From an uncultured archaeon (GTDB taxonomy: Archaea > Asgardarchaeota > Jordiarchaeia > Jordiarchaeales > Jordiarchaeaceae): DNA of 24,233 nt. Below are positions 15,850-24,116 of this stretch, piece by piece (within the stretch, counting starts at the first letter, position 1; each line of letters starts with the position of its first letter). The notes below the pieces were generated by a model, which saw nothing but the letters and a program-made list of their open reading frames with translations, was not told the origin of the DNA and made no database searches. Where the stretch lies: contig CAZECW010000032.1 of NCBI GenBank assembly GCA_964510585.1, forward strand, positions 1 to 24,233, given 5' to 3'. A program made the position numbers and the translations under genes.

Positions 15850-17619
15850 ATGGTTGTTGTTAATGGAGCTCAGCTCATAGTTAGGGCTCTCAAGAATCAG
15901 AATGTGAAGGTTATTTTTACCCTCTGCGGCGACGACGACCTGATTTATAACTACTGTGAGGATGCAGGTATCCGCCTCATAGACTTTAGACACGAGCAAG
16001 CTACCGGTCATGCAGCTCAAGGTTGGTTCATTGCCACGGGCGAGGTTGGCGTATGTCTGGTGCAGTCGGGTCCCGGAGTAACTGATCTTGCTCCATCGAT
16101 TACCGTAGCTTATCAGGAGTGCATTCCAGTTGTGGCTCTAGCTACACACCCCCCTCTCATGAGTGTTGAGAAGTGTACTGTAAACGAGTTTGACGCAGCG
16201 AAAATGTATAGCTCCTTTACCAAGTGGAGCGGATTCTGCTACGAGACCGCCCGGCTACCCGAATACATTAACATGTGTTTCCGAATAGCCGCTGGCGGTA
16301 GACCGGGGCCAGTGCTTCTGAATATTCCCGTGGATGTGATGGTTAAAGAGTGTGACGACCGTTTAGAATGTGTGCAAAACTGTTTCCAACCCATGGAGAA
16401 AAACAGGACGCTGATTCGGCCGCATGGAGACCCAGAAGCTATCAGGAAGGCTCTCAAACTTTTGCTTAACGCTAAGAGGCCCATAATTATGCTGGGCAGT
16501 GGGGCTGGGTTCGCCAACGCTGGTGAAGAGGCCAGAAAGTTTGTGGAGTTAACAAAGATTCCAGTGGGTGCCTGGGGTTGGGGCCAAGGGCTAATCCCAG
16601 ATGATCACCCTCTATGCTTCGGCTTGGCGAGCATTATGGAGGGGCCAGGTCAGGTAATGCTTCCAGTAGCGGATGTGGCTTTAGTGGTGGGTTTAAGGTA
16701 CACCGACCTTTTTGGATACGGCCAACCACCGTTTTTCGCGCCTGACGTCAAAATTATACAGGTAGACATATGTGCTGAAGAAATTGGAAGAAATAGACCC
16801 GTGGAGATTGGCATTGTGGGGGACGCCAAAGCAGTTCTATCACAGTTCTACCAGCAGGCTAAAGAAATTCTCAAGGAGCCACGACCCGAAACTGATTGGG
16901 TGGAAAAAATGCGGGTGGAGAAGCAGAAATTTGAGGAAAGAATAGCCAAGGATGGTTCCAGTGATGATATTCCAATTAAACCCCAAAGGTTGGCTAAGGA
17001 GATTAGGGAATTTATGCCAAGGGATGGCATTATAATTCTGGATGGGGGCGATACCACAGTTTGGGGATTGATGTATCTTAGAGCCTACTATCCCAAACAC
17101 TTATACTTTTCAGGCGGCCTCTATATTCAACACTTGGGCGGCGGAGTACCTATGGCAATAGCGGCAAAGGCAGCAAACCCAGAAAAAAAGGTTCTAGTTT
17201 ACACGGGTGATGGATCCTTCCTATTTAACGGGAAGGAGATAGACACTGCAAGAAGGCACGACCTCCCCTTCGTCACAGTTATCCATAATGATTGCCAGTG
17301 GGGAATGGTGGCCCGAATCCAAAGGTTAGCCCACGGACCCAAGTTCTACGGGCTAGGGTCAAAACTCAGTTCTAAAACCCGCTATGACAAGTACGCTGAA
17401 GCCTTCGATTGCTACGGGGAACTGGTCACAGACCCCAAAGAGATTAAACCCGCACTAAAAAGAGCTTTTGACTCCGGGGTACCAGCAATTGTTGATGTAC
17501 GCATTGACCCAGACGTGGAAACAATTCTAGATTATCTGTGGGCGGGTGCCTACAATCCCGCTACATACGAAAGAACAGTCCCCGAAAAACCACCAGAAGC
17601 CATTACCCCTGTACGGTAA
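15850..17619 (+). CDS. Thiamine diphosphate-dependent enzyme (acetolactate synthase large subunit / 2-hydroxyacyl-CoA lyase / benzaldehyde lyase superfamily)
   Basis: RHEQ catalytic Glu, SGPG, GRPGPVLL, DGGD, GDGSF-x(n)-HND ThDP/Mg motif and WGMV; 589 aa. Confidence 0.92.
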   Translation: MVVVNGAQLIVRALKNQNVKVIFTLCGDDDLIYNYCEDAGIRLIDFRHEQATGHAAQGWFIATGEVGVCLVQSGPGVTDLAPSITVAYQECIPVVALATHPPLMSVEKCTVNEFDAAKMYSSFTKWSGFCYETARLPEYINMCFRIAAGGRPGPVLLNIPVDVMVKECDDRLECVQNCFQPMEKNRTLIRPHGDPEAIRKALKLLLNAKRPIIMLGSGAGFANAGEEARKFVELTKIPVGAWGWGQGLIPDDHPLCFGLASIMEGPGQVMLPVADVALVVGLRYTDLFGYGQPPFFAPDVKIIQVDICAEEIGRNRPVEIGIVGDAKAVLSQFYQQAKEILKEPRPETDWVEKMRVEKQKFEERIAKDGSSDDIPIKPQRLAKEIREFMPRDGIIILDGGDTTVWGLMYLRAYYPKHLYFSGGLYIQHLGGGVPMAIAAKAANPEKKVLVYTGDGSFLFNGKEIDTARRHDLPFVTVIHNDCQWGMVARIQRLAHGPKFYGLGSKLSSKTRYDKYAEAFDCYGELVTDPKEIKPALKRAFDSGVPAIVDVRIDPDVETILDYLWAGAYNPATYERTVPEKPPEAITPVR

Positions 17620-17620
17620 T

Positions 17621-17643
17621 TCTCCTACTTTTCTTCTTTTTTT
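17621..17643 (+). terminator. C-rich plus T-tract terminator
   Basis: TCTCCTACTTTTCTTCTTTTTTT immediately after the stop at 17619. Confidence 0.55.
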
Positions 17644-17762
17644 GAGGTGACTCTTTAAATTTGTATATTTTTTCGAAGTGATGTTTAATATTTAGCCTAA
17701 TAATGTTTAAATAATTTTTAATAGAATTTAAATTGAATTTACTAATTTTTGGGGTGGTTTGT

Positions 17763-19223
17763 TTGGAGGAATTTGGAGAGTTGAAGGGAATTGTTGGTGT
17801 CGAAAATGTAGTTGAAGATCCAGAAATACTGGATAATTACTCTAGGGATTATAGCTTTGTTCCGCAGAGAAAGCCCATGTGTGTGGTTTTTCCCAAGGAT
17901 GTTTTTGAGATTCAGAAGATTGTCAAATGGTCAAATGAGCAAGGAATTCCGTTGACGCCTATTAGTTCTCCCGGTGGTCCGAGGTTGCGTGGGGACACTA
18001 TTCCGAGCCTTGGAGGTATGATTGTAAATCTGTGTAGAATGAACAGAATTTTGAGAATTGACAGACGAAACAAGGTGGCTATGATTGAGCCGGGAGTGAC
18101 TTTTGATCAACTCAGAAGTGAACTGGAGAAGTATGGCTTGAGGCCCTATACGCCGCTATTGCCACGTTCTACAAAGTCTGTGTTGACCAGCTATCTTGAG
18201 AGGGAACCCATCACCATACCAAAAGATCACTGGGATATGCTTGACCCTCTATTTTGTATAGAGGTGGTTTTTGGAACTTGTGACATTTTAAGAACGGGCG
18301 AGGCTTCGGGTCCAGGAACGGTGGAGGATCTTTTGGCTGCGGGTTCCGCACTGAAGAGTGCGATGGGGCCGGGTGGTTTTGACCCCGTTAGGCTTGTTCA
18401 GGGTGCTCAGGGGACGCTGGGTATTGTTTCTTGGGCAACTGTGGGGGTTGGGTTACTGCCGAGTCTTGAGAGGCTTTTCTTTGTATCTTCAGACAGTATT
18501 GAGAGTCTGATTGAGTTTGCGTACCGTGTCTTAAGGCGGCGCCTGGGCGAAGAATTATTCCTGGTAAACAACTTCTATCTAGCCAATATGGTTGCTGAGA
18601 AATCGGAGGAGATAGCGAAGCTTTCCAGCGATTTGCCAAAATGGGTGCTTATTCTTAATATTTCCGGGTTTGACAAGTTCGCTGAGGAGAGGGTGGAGTA
18701 TCAGGAGAAGGATTCTAGGGAAATTGCTCAGCAACTTGGGTTAGAGCTTCAGACATCAATTTCGGGAATTAGTGGTGATGAGGTACTCAAAGTTTTGAGA
18801 AGTTCTTCCCGAGAATATTGGAAATTCAGGTACAAAGGGTGTTGCCAGGAAATATTCTTCTTAACCATGTTAAATAGAACAGTGAATTTCATTGAGGCAA
18901 TGTACAAGATGGCTGAAGCGGACGAATATCCCAAAACTGAACTCGGAGTATACATACAACCGCTAATGCAGGGTGTGGGGTGCCACTGTGAATTCGACCT
19001 AATGTATAACCCAACTGATGGGGAAGAGAGGGAAAGGATTAAGGGATTGTTTATTCGGGCTAGTGAGAACTTGATAAGTTCGGGGGCGTTTTTCAGCAGA
19101 CCTTATGGTCCCTGGGCGGATATGGTTTACAGTAGGGATGCTGAAACCACTATAGCTCTTAGGAAAGTTAAGGAGCTATTTGATCCAAAGGGAATAATGA
19201 ATCCGGGTAAATTGTGTTTTTAG
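17763..19223 (+). CDS. FAD-binding oxidoreductase (VAO/PCMH-type FAD-binding fold), subunit 1
   Basis: MNRILRID...IEPGVT, IEVV..T.DILRTG, GTLGIV and C-terminal KELFDPKGIMNPGK. Start moved to TTG 17763 (GGGGTGG upstream). Confidence 0.88.
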   Translation: MEEFGELKGIVGVENVVEDPEILDNYSRDYSFVPQRKPMCVVFPKDVFEIQKIVKWSNEQGIPLTPISSPGGPRLRGDTIPSLGGMIVNLCRMNRILRIDRRNKVAMIEPGVTFDQLRSELEKYGLRPYTPLLPRSTKSVLTSYLEREPITIPKDHWDMLDPLFCIEVVFGTCDILRTGEASGPGTVEDLLAAGSALKSAMGPGGFDPVRLVQGAQGTLGIVSWATVGVGLLPSLERLFFVSSDSIESLIEFAYRVLRRRLGEELFLVNNFYLANMVAEKSEEIAKLSSDLPKWVLILNISGFDKFAEERVEYQEKDSREIAQQLGLELQTSISGISGDEVLKVLRSSSREYWKFRYKGCCQEIFFLTMLNRTVNFIEAMYKMAEADEYPKTELGVYIQPLMQGVGCHCEFDLMYNPTDGEERERIKGLFIRASENLISSGAFFSRPYGPWADMVYSRDAETTIALRKVKELFDPKGIMNPGKLCF

Positions 19224-19233
19224 GAGGGATTGG

Positions 19234-20532
19234 ATGAGTTTGGAAAAATATCATGTTCAGACGTTAAGGTGCAATAGGTGCTCTTTGTGCAAATGGGTTC
19301 CCCAACCGAAAATTGCCAGCTGGAGATTCTCCGCCGCCTGTCCCAGCATCCAGAAGTACAATTTCCACGCTTACTCCGGAGGAGGCCGAATAATTATAGC
19401 TTGTGCCCTTTTGGAGAACAAAATAGATTATACAGATGAGCTAGTCAAAATCGTTTATACGTGTAGTATGTGTGGTGCCTGCGATGTTTCTTGCAAAATG
19501 AACTATGGGGGAAACTTGGAGCCTCTTGAGATAATGCATGCGCTTAGGGTTAAGTGTGTGGAAAAGGGAAGGATTCCAACAAGACATAAGACCCTGCTAG
19601 AAGACATTAGAGAATATGATAATCCCTATAGGGAGCCGAGGAAGAAACGGGGGGAATGGGCAGAGGGAATGGGCATTAAAGACCTGTCTCATGAAACAGC
19701 AGAGGTACTATATTATGTGGGATGCACCTCGGCCTATCGACTTCCAGGTTTAGCCAGAACCACGGCCACCATCCTTCAGAATGCGGGAGTAGATTTTGGA
19801 ATCTTGGGAAAAGATGAACTATGCTGTGCAAGCACTGCATACAAAATTGGAGACGAAGCACTAATGGAAGAATACGCTAAAAATAATATTGAGAAATTCA
19901 ACAACCTCGGTGTAAAAGAGGTAGTAACTTCCTGTGCCGGTTGCTATCACATGTTTAAATCCTATTATCCGCTAATAGGAGAAATGAATTTCGATGTCTT
20001 TCACATTACAGAGTACATTGAGCGACTTATGAGGGATGGCAGGATAAAACTCTCAAAAAAGATTCCCATTAAGGCTACCTACCATGATCCTTGCCACTTG
20101 GGCAGACTAGCGGAGCCCCGTGTGCCCTGGAATGGTGTGGAAAAGAAGGTTATGGGACAATTGATAATAACTGATCCACCTAAAGAAGTCAGATTCGGAG
20201 TTAAAGGCGTTTTCGATCCACCCAGAAACATACTAAAAGGTATTCCAGGGCTAGAATTTGTGGAAATGGAGAGAATCAGAGAGTATTCCTGGTGTTGCGG
20301 TTCAGGCGGGGGAGTAAAAGCAGCATTCCCCGAGCTCGCCTCTTTTGCTGCCGCTGAAAGAATAGAGGAAGCAAATGCAACTGGGGCAGAAGCACTGGTC
20401 ACGGCTTGCCCCTTCTGTGAAATAAATCTAGGAGACGCCATAAGAGAGCGTAGAGAGAAAATTAAATTGTATGATATAGTAGAGCTGGTACTTGAGGCGA
20501 TGCATGAAGAGGGAGTTAAAGGAGGGCAATAA
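19234..20532 (+). CDS. Fe-S oxidoreductase, HdrD/GlpC/GlcF-like (two 4Fe-4S motifs plus two CCG domains)
   Basis: CNRCSLC...CP, CSMCGACDVSC, GC...CCAS...CAGC and HDPCHLG...CCGSGGG...CPFC. Confidence 0.92.
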   Translation: MSLEKYHVQTLRCNRCSLCKWVPQPKIASWRFSAACPSIQKYNFHAYSGGGRIIIACALLENKIDYTDELVKIVYTCSMCGACDVSCKMNYGGNLEPLEIMHALRVKCVEKGRIPTRHKTLLEDIREYDNPYREPRKKRGEWAEGMGIKDLSHETAEVLYYVGCTSAYRLPGLARTTATILQNAGVDFGILGKDELCCASTAYKIGDEALMEEYAKNNIEKFNNLGVKEVVTSCAGCYHMFKSYYPLIGEMNFDVFHITEYIERLMRDGRIKLSKKIPIKATYHDPCHLGRLAEPRVPWNGVEKKVMGQLIITDPPKEVRFGVKGVFDPPRNILKGIPGLEFVEMERIREYSWCCGSGGGVKAAFPELASFAAAERIEEANATGAEALVTACPFCEINLGDAIRERREKIKLYDIVELVLEAMHEEGVKGGQ

Positions 20533-20533
20533 G

Positions 20534-22114
20534 ATGGTTTTGGAGAAAAAGGTTTACAAAATGTTGGAGTCAGTTGTGGGACCTGAGAACATTTCGGATG
20601 ATCCAATAATAACAACGGTGTACTCCTATCAATACTTGGCGGATTTAGCGAATCCCGACTCAGCTAAGTGGATGCCCGCGAAACCCGAGGCTGTGATTTT
20701 ACCAGGAAGCACCGAGGAGATTCAGGAAATAGTGAGAATATGTAACAAGCATAATGTGAAGATAAAGCCACACAGCACCGGTTGGGGTTTTTGGAGCGGC
20801 ATTGTAACTTCGGGCGTCATACAGATGGATTTGAGAAGAATGAATAGGATAATTGAGATTGATGAGAAAAACATGTACGCGGTGGTAGAACCATACGTTA
20901 CGGCTATGCAGCTTCAAATTGAGGCTATGAAGAGGGGGCTGGACTGCGCCATAATAGGCGCCGGACCCAACCACTCCGTTTTAGCTTCTTGCACAGCAAT
21001 GATGGGATACGGGGATAAAGGTTACCACACCAGCATGAACAATCGGAACCTATTGGGAGTAGAATGGGTTACTCCTACAGGTGAAGTTCTAAGACTGGGT
21101 TCGCTGGGTAGCGGAGCAGGCTGGTTCTGCGGTGACGGCCCAGGACCCAGCCTCAGAGGTCTACTAAGAGGATGGCATGGAACAATGGGGGGACTGGGAA
21201 TATTCACCAAGTGCGCCACCAAACTCTATCCTTGGGCTGGCCCAAAGAAACCAGAAATTATGGGTGAAAATCCCCAGTACGGGATGGTGGTTCCAGAGAA
21301 CTTCAAAATATATACTATTTACTGGGAAAATTGGGAGCAGCAGGCTGATGCCATGTATAAGGTTAGTGAGTCCGAAATTGGCTACATTATTTGGAGAGCC
21401 TGTACACCAATGATGATACCACTATTACTGGGAAAAACAAACAATGAGTACTACGAAATGATGAAAGGAATTTACGATATGATAGAAGCCTACAGATACT
21501 ACTTTACTGTCGTTCTAGCCTCTGAATCCAAGCGGGAGTTAGAGTATCAGGAGAAGGTTTTAAAGAGCATAGTGGACGAAACAAATGGGAAATTCTTCGA
21601 ATTTATACTAAGCGAGAATGCGCCTCTAATCCTTCTAGCCATAGTTACCCAGTGTTACAATTCCAGAATTTTTAGGCCCACCGGACAGTTCCACACCTCC
21701 TTTGGAGCAGCCACATCTTGGGACATGTCAGTGAAAGGAGCAAAAATAGGAGAACAAATCAGAAGGAAATATATTGAGGAGGAAGTGTTTCATGACGACG
21801 GCTGCGGGGAAAACTTCTGGGGAGGCCCATACGAACACAACAAATTCTCTCACTTTGAGGGACTATTTGAATACGACCCCATCGACCCAGAATCCAGAAA
21901 AGCTGCACGCAAATATATAGAAGAAGCCACCATGGCAGTAATTGAAAATAAGATCGGAGTACCAATAGGACCAGGACCGGAATTAGCCCAAATATTTGGG
22001 CCGATCTACGGAAACTTCCACTCATGGCTGGGCAAAATCAAGAAATCCTTTGACCCCAAAAATGTATCAGACCACGCATTCTACGCGGCGCCAGAAGAAA
22101 AAACAAAAGACTAA
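20534..22114 (+). CDS. FAD-binding oxidoreductase (VAO/PCMH-type FAD-binding fold), subunit 2
   Basis: PEAVILPGSTEEIQ, HSTG, DLRRMNRIIEID...VEPYVT, GVEWVTPTGEVLRLG and KKSFDPKN. ATG at 20534 lies 1 nt after the Fe-S gene stop. Confidence 0.88.
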   Translation: MVLEKKVYKMLESVVGPENISDDPIITTVYSYQYLADLANPDSAKWMPAKPEAVILPGSTEEIQEIVRICNKHNVKIKPHSTGWGFWSGIVTSGVIQMDLRRMNRIIEIDEKNMYAVVEPYVTAMQLQIEAMKRGLDCAIIGAGPNHSVLASCTAMMGYGDKGYHTSMNNRNLLGVEWVTPTGEVLRLGSLGSGAGWFCGDGPGPSLRGLLRGWHGTMGGLGIFTKCATKLYPWAGPKKPEIMGENPQYGMVVPENFKIYTIYWENWEQQADAMYKVSESEIGYIIWRACTPMMIPLLLGKTNNEYYEMMKGIYDMIEAYRYYFTVVLASESKRELEYQEKVLKSIVDETNGKFFEFILSENAPLILLAIVTQCYNSRIFRPTGQFHTSFGAATSWDMSVKGAKIGEQIRRKYIEEEVFHDDGCGENFWGGPYEHNKFSHFEGLFEYDPIDPESRKAARKYIEEATMAVIENKIGVPIGPGPELAQIFGPIYGNFHSWLGKIKKSFDPKNVSDHAFYAAPEEKTKD

Positions 22115-22145
22115 AAATCAAAGGAAAAAGTTCAAGAAAGTTGTA

Positions 22146-22165
22146 CCTCACTTTTCTCCTTTTTT
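22146..22165 (+). terminator. C-rich plus T-tract terminator
   Basis: CCTCACTTTTCTCCTTTTTT after the three-gene operon. Confidence 0.5.
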
Positions 22166-22310
22166 AATTTTTTAAAAATATTAGCTCACAAGTCAATTCA
22201 AAGGTAGTTAGTAAATGTGAACCCATAAGAAGTTTTTTAAGTTAGGTGAGCTTCGCGTATTAGATAATTTTTGAAAATTGTTTCATAGCATTAGAGGAGC
22301 GAGTTTGGCA

Positions 22311-22781
22311 ATGATTGAGTTCCAAGTTCCGGGAATGGGCAAAGTGGAGATAAAAAATGTGGTTTTTGATCTTAACGGAACCCTATCTATGAATGGCACA
22401 ATCTCCCAAGATGTTGAGAAAAAAATTCGCCAGTTGTCCCAAAGGGTAAACGTTTTTATATTATCTTCAGATACCAGAGGCAACCTAAAAGAGTTGGCAG
22501 AGAAGCTGGGAGTAAATTATCGCCGTGTGTCCTCATCACCCGAAAGCGCTGCTAAGGAAAAATTTGTTGAAGAGTTGGGCTCAGAAAACACCATCGCAGT
22601 TGGAAACGGAAAAAACGACGAACTCATGCTGAAAAAGGCAAAACTGGGAATAGCAGTAGTCGGAGAAGAGGGGGCATGTTCCTCTGCAATCCTAAACGCA
22701 GACATAATCGTAATTAACCCCCTCCACGCCCTAGAACTAATCATGGACCCCCAGAAAATAGTTGCCACATTACGCTGCTAA
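22311..22781 (+). CDS. HAD-superfamily hydrolase, soluble P-type ATPase-like (COG4087-type)
   Basis: FDLNGTL motif I, LSSDT motif II, GNGKND motif IV; ATG 22311 after GAGGAG. Confidence 0.85.
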   Translation: MIEFQVPGMGKVEIKNVVFDLNGTLSMNGTISQDVEKKIRQLSQRVNVFILSSDTRGNLKELAEKLGVNYRRVSSSPESAAKEKFVEELGSENTIAVGNGKNDELMLKKAKLGIAVVGEEGACSSAILNADIIVINPLHALELIMDPQKIVATLRC

Positions 22782-22997
22782 AACACATTGTCAAAAAACT
22801 GAATCCACCAGTTACCTTGGTTAAAAGTAGTAAGAAAAGAGTAGTAAGCCACAGAGGCATTCCACTCCCCAAAGCCTGGCTCACCACCAATAGAAAAAGG
22901 CTTCAGAGGCTACATGAATAATTAAGTTTGTTAGGCACCAACTTGCCTGTTTATGTCTTGGTCATCTTCTTTGGGGCCTTTTGAGTCTTTCTGAAAC

Positions 22998-23023
22998 AAA
23001 AAAAGAGGGAGGGGAAGGTTGAG
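22998..23023 (-). terminator. C-rich plus T-tract terminator
   Basis: Minus strand CTCAACCTTCCCCTCCCTCTTTTTTT directly after the ADH stop. Confidence 0.55.
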
Positions 23024-23024
23024 T

Positions 23025-24116
23025 TTAGAAGTATTTGAATGCCACTTTTGTGGATTTGTACTTTTTCTTGTCCAGTTGTGCCTGGAACGCTTCCTTCCAC
23101 TGTTCGAGTTTATAGGTGTGTGAAAGTAGGGGTTTGTTATTTACTTTTCCCTTTTCCTCCCATTCCAGCGCAATGTCAAACGGGGAACGGGCGACTTCTG
23201 CTTTGAATGGGTAACCATATATTCCGTGAATTGTGAGCTCCTTTATGTTTATCATGGTGAAGTCTATTTTAGCCTCTCCCATCATGCCCACAAATATGAT
23301 GTGTCCTCCCTGCTTCGTTATGGCAATGGCGTCCCTGAGAGTCTGCTCGCTTCCCACACCCTCATAAGTCTGGTCTACACCCTTACCGCTATCCACAGTT
23401 ATTCCCAGTGTGGGCAAATCTCCTCTCTCAAGGCAGTATACTTTATCTGCGCCAAGTTGCTCTGCTAGTTTAGCTTGATACTCAAACTCGGTTGCAACGT
23501 AGATTCTATCCGCACCCATCAACCTGTTCGCCTGTAGGAGCTGCAAACCTATGGTTCCCGCACCAATCACAGCGACCTTTTTACCGGAGGGGTTCCCCTT
23601 AAAACAGGAATGTATCCCTGTAGCTAATGGCTCCGTTAATAGGGCGTCTTCGTCCGAAACATTGTCCGGAATTTTGTAAACCTTAGACTTGTGAGCCAGA
23701 AAATATTCCGCAAAGCCTCCGCCATTTAGCTGACTGTACCCCACACCGCCACCAGTAACCGCCTGATTGTAACACAGGTTGTAAAGGCCAATCTTACACA
23801 TATCGCAGGGCTCAAGACCCAACTCAGCACAGCCACCAGCAGCATCCACGGTAACCCGATCTCCCTCTTTTAAATGTTCTACTCCCTCGCCCACCTCGTC
23901 AACGATTCCGACTATTTCATGCCCGAAAATTAAAGGCTTGGGAAGAAAATCCGCCAAGAAAGCCATCTTCCTCTTAATAATTCCAATATCGGAGCCACAT
24001 ATCCCACACAGCTTAGTCCTAATGGAAACCCAGTTCTTCCCCGGAGACTTCTTCTCAACATCCCTTATCTGGAAACCCTCAGGATAAGGACCACCATCCC
24101 AAACAAGAGCCTTCAA
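23025..24116 (-). CDS. Zinc-dependent alcohol dehydrogenase (MDR superfamily, threonine/sorbitol dehydrogenase-like)
   Basis: CGICGSD and GHE catalytic Zn motifs, C...CDMC...NLC structural Zn, GAGTIG Rossmann loop. Start taken as TTG 24116, because the GTG at 24125 overlaps the GAGGTG ribosome-binding site. Confidence 0.92.
   Translation of the reverse strand: MKALVWDGGPYPEGFQIRDVEKKSPGKNWVSIRTKLCGICGSDIGIIKRKMAFLADFLPKPLIFGHEIVGIVDEVGEGVEHLKEGDRVTVDAAGGCAELGLEPCDMCKIGLYNLCYNQAVTGGGVGYSQLNGGGFAEYFLAHKSKVYKIPDNVSDEDALLTEPLATGIHSCFKGNPSGKKVAVIGAGTIGLQLLQANRLMGADRIYVATEFEYQAKLAEQLGADKVYCLERGDLPTLGITVDSGKGVDQTYEGVGSEQTLRDAIAITKQGGHIIFVGMMGEAKIDFTMINIKELTIHGIYGYPFKAEVARSPFDIALEWEEKGKVNNKPLLSHTYKLEQWKEAFQAQLDKKKYKSTKVAFKYF

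Noticed and set aside
15850-17619. ilvB (biosynthetic acetolactate synthase) symbol
   Set aside because: No regulatory subunit or ilvC/ilvD nearby, and the active-site loops deviate.
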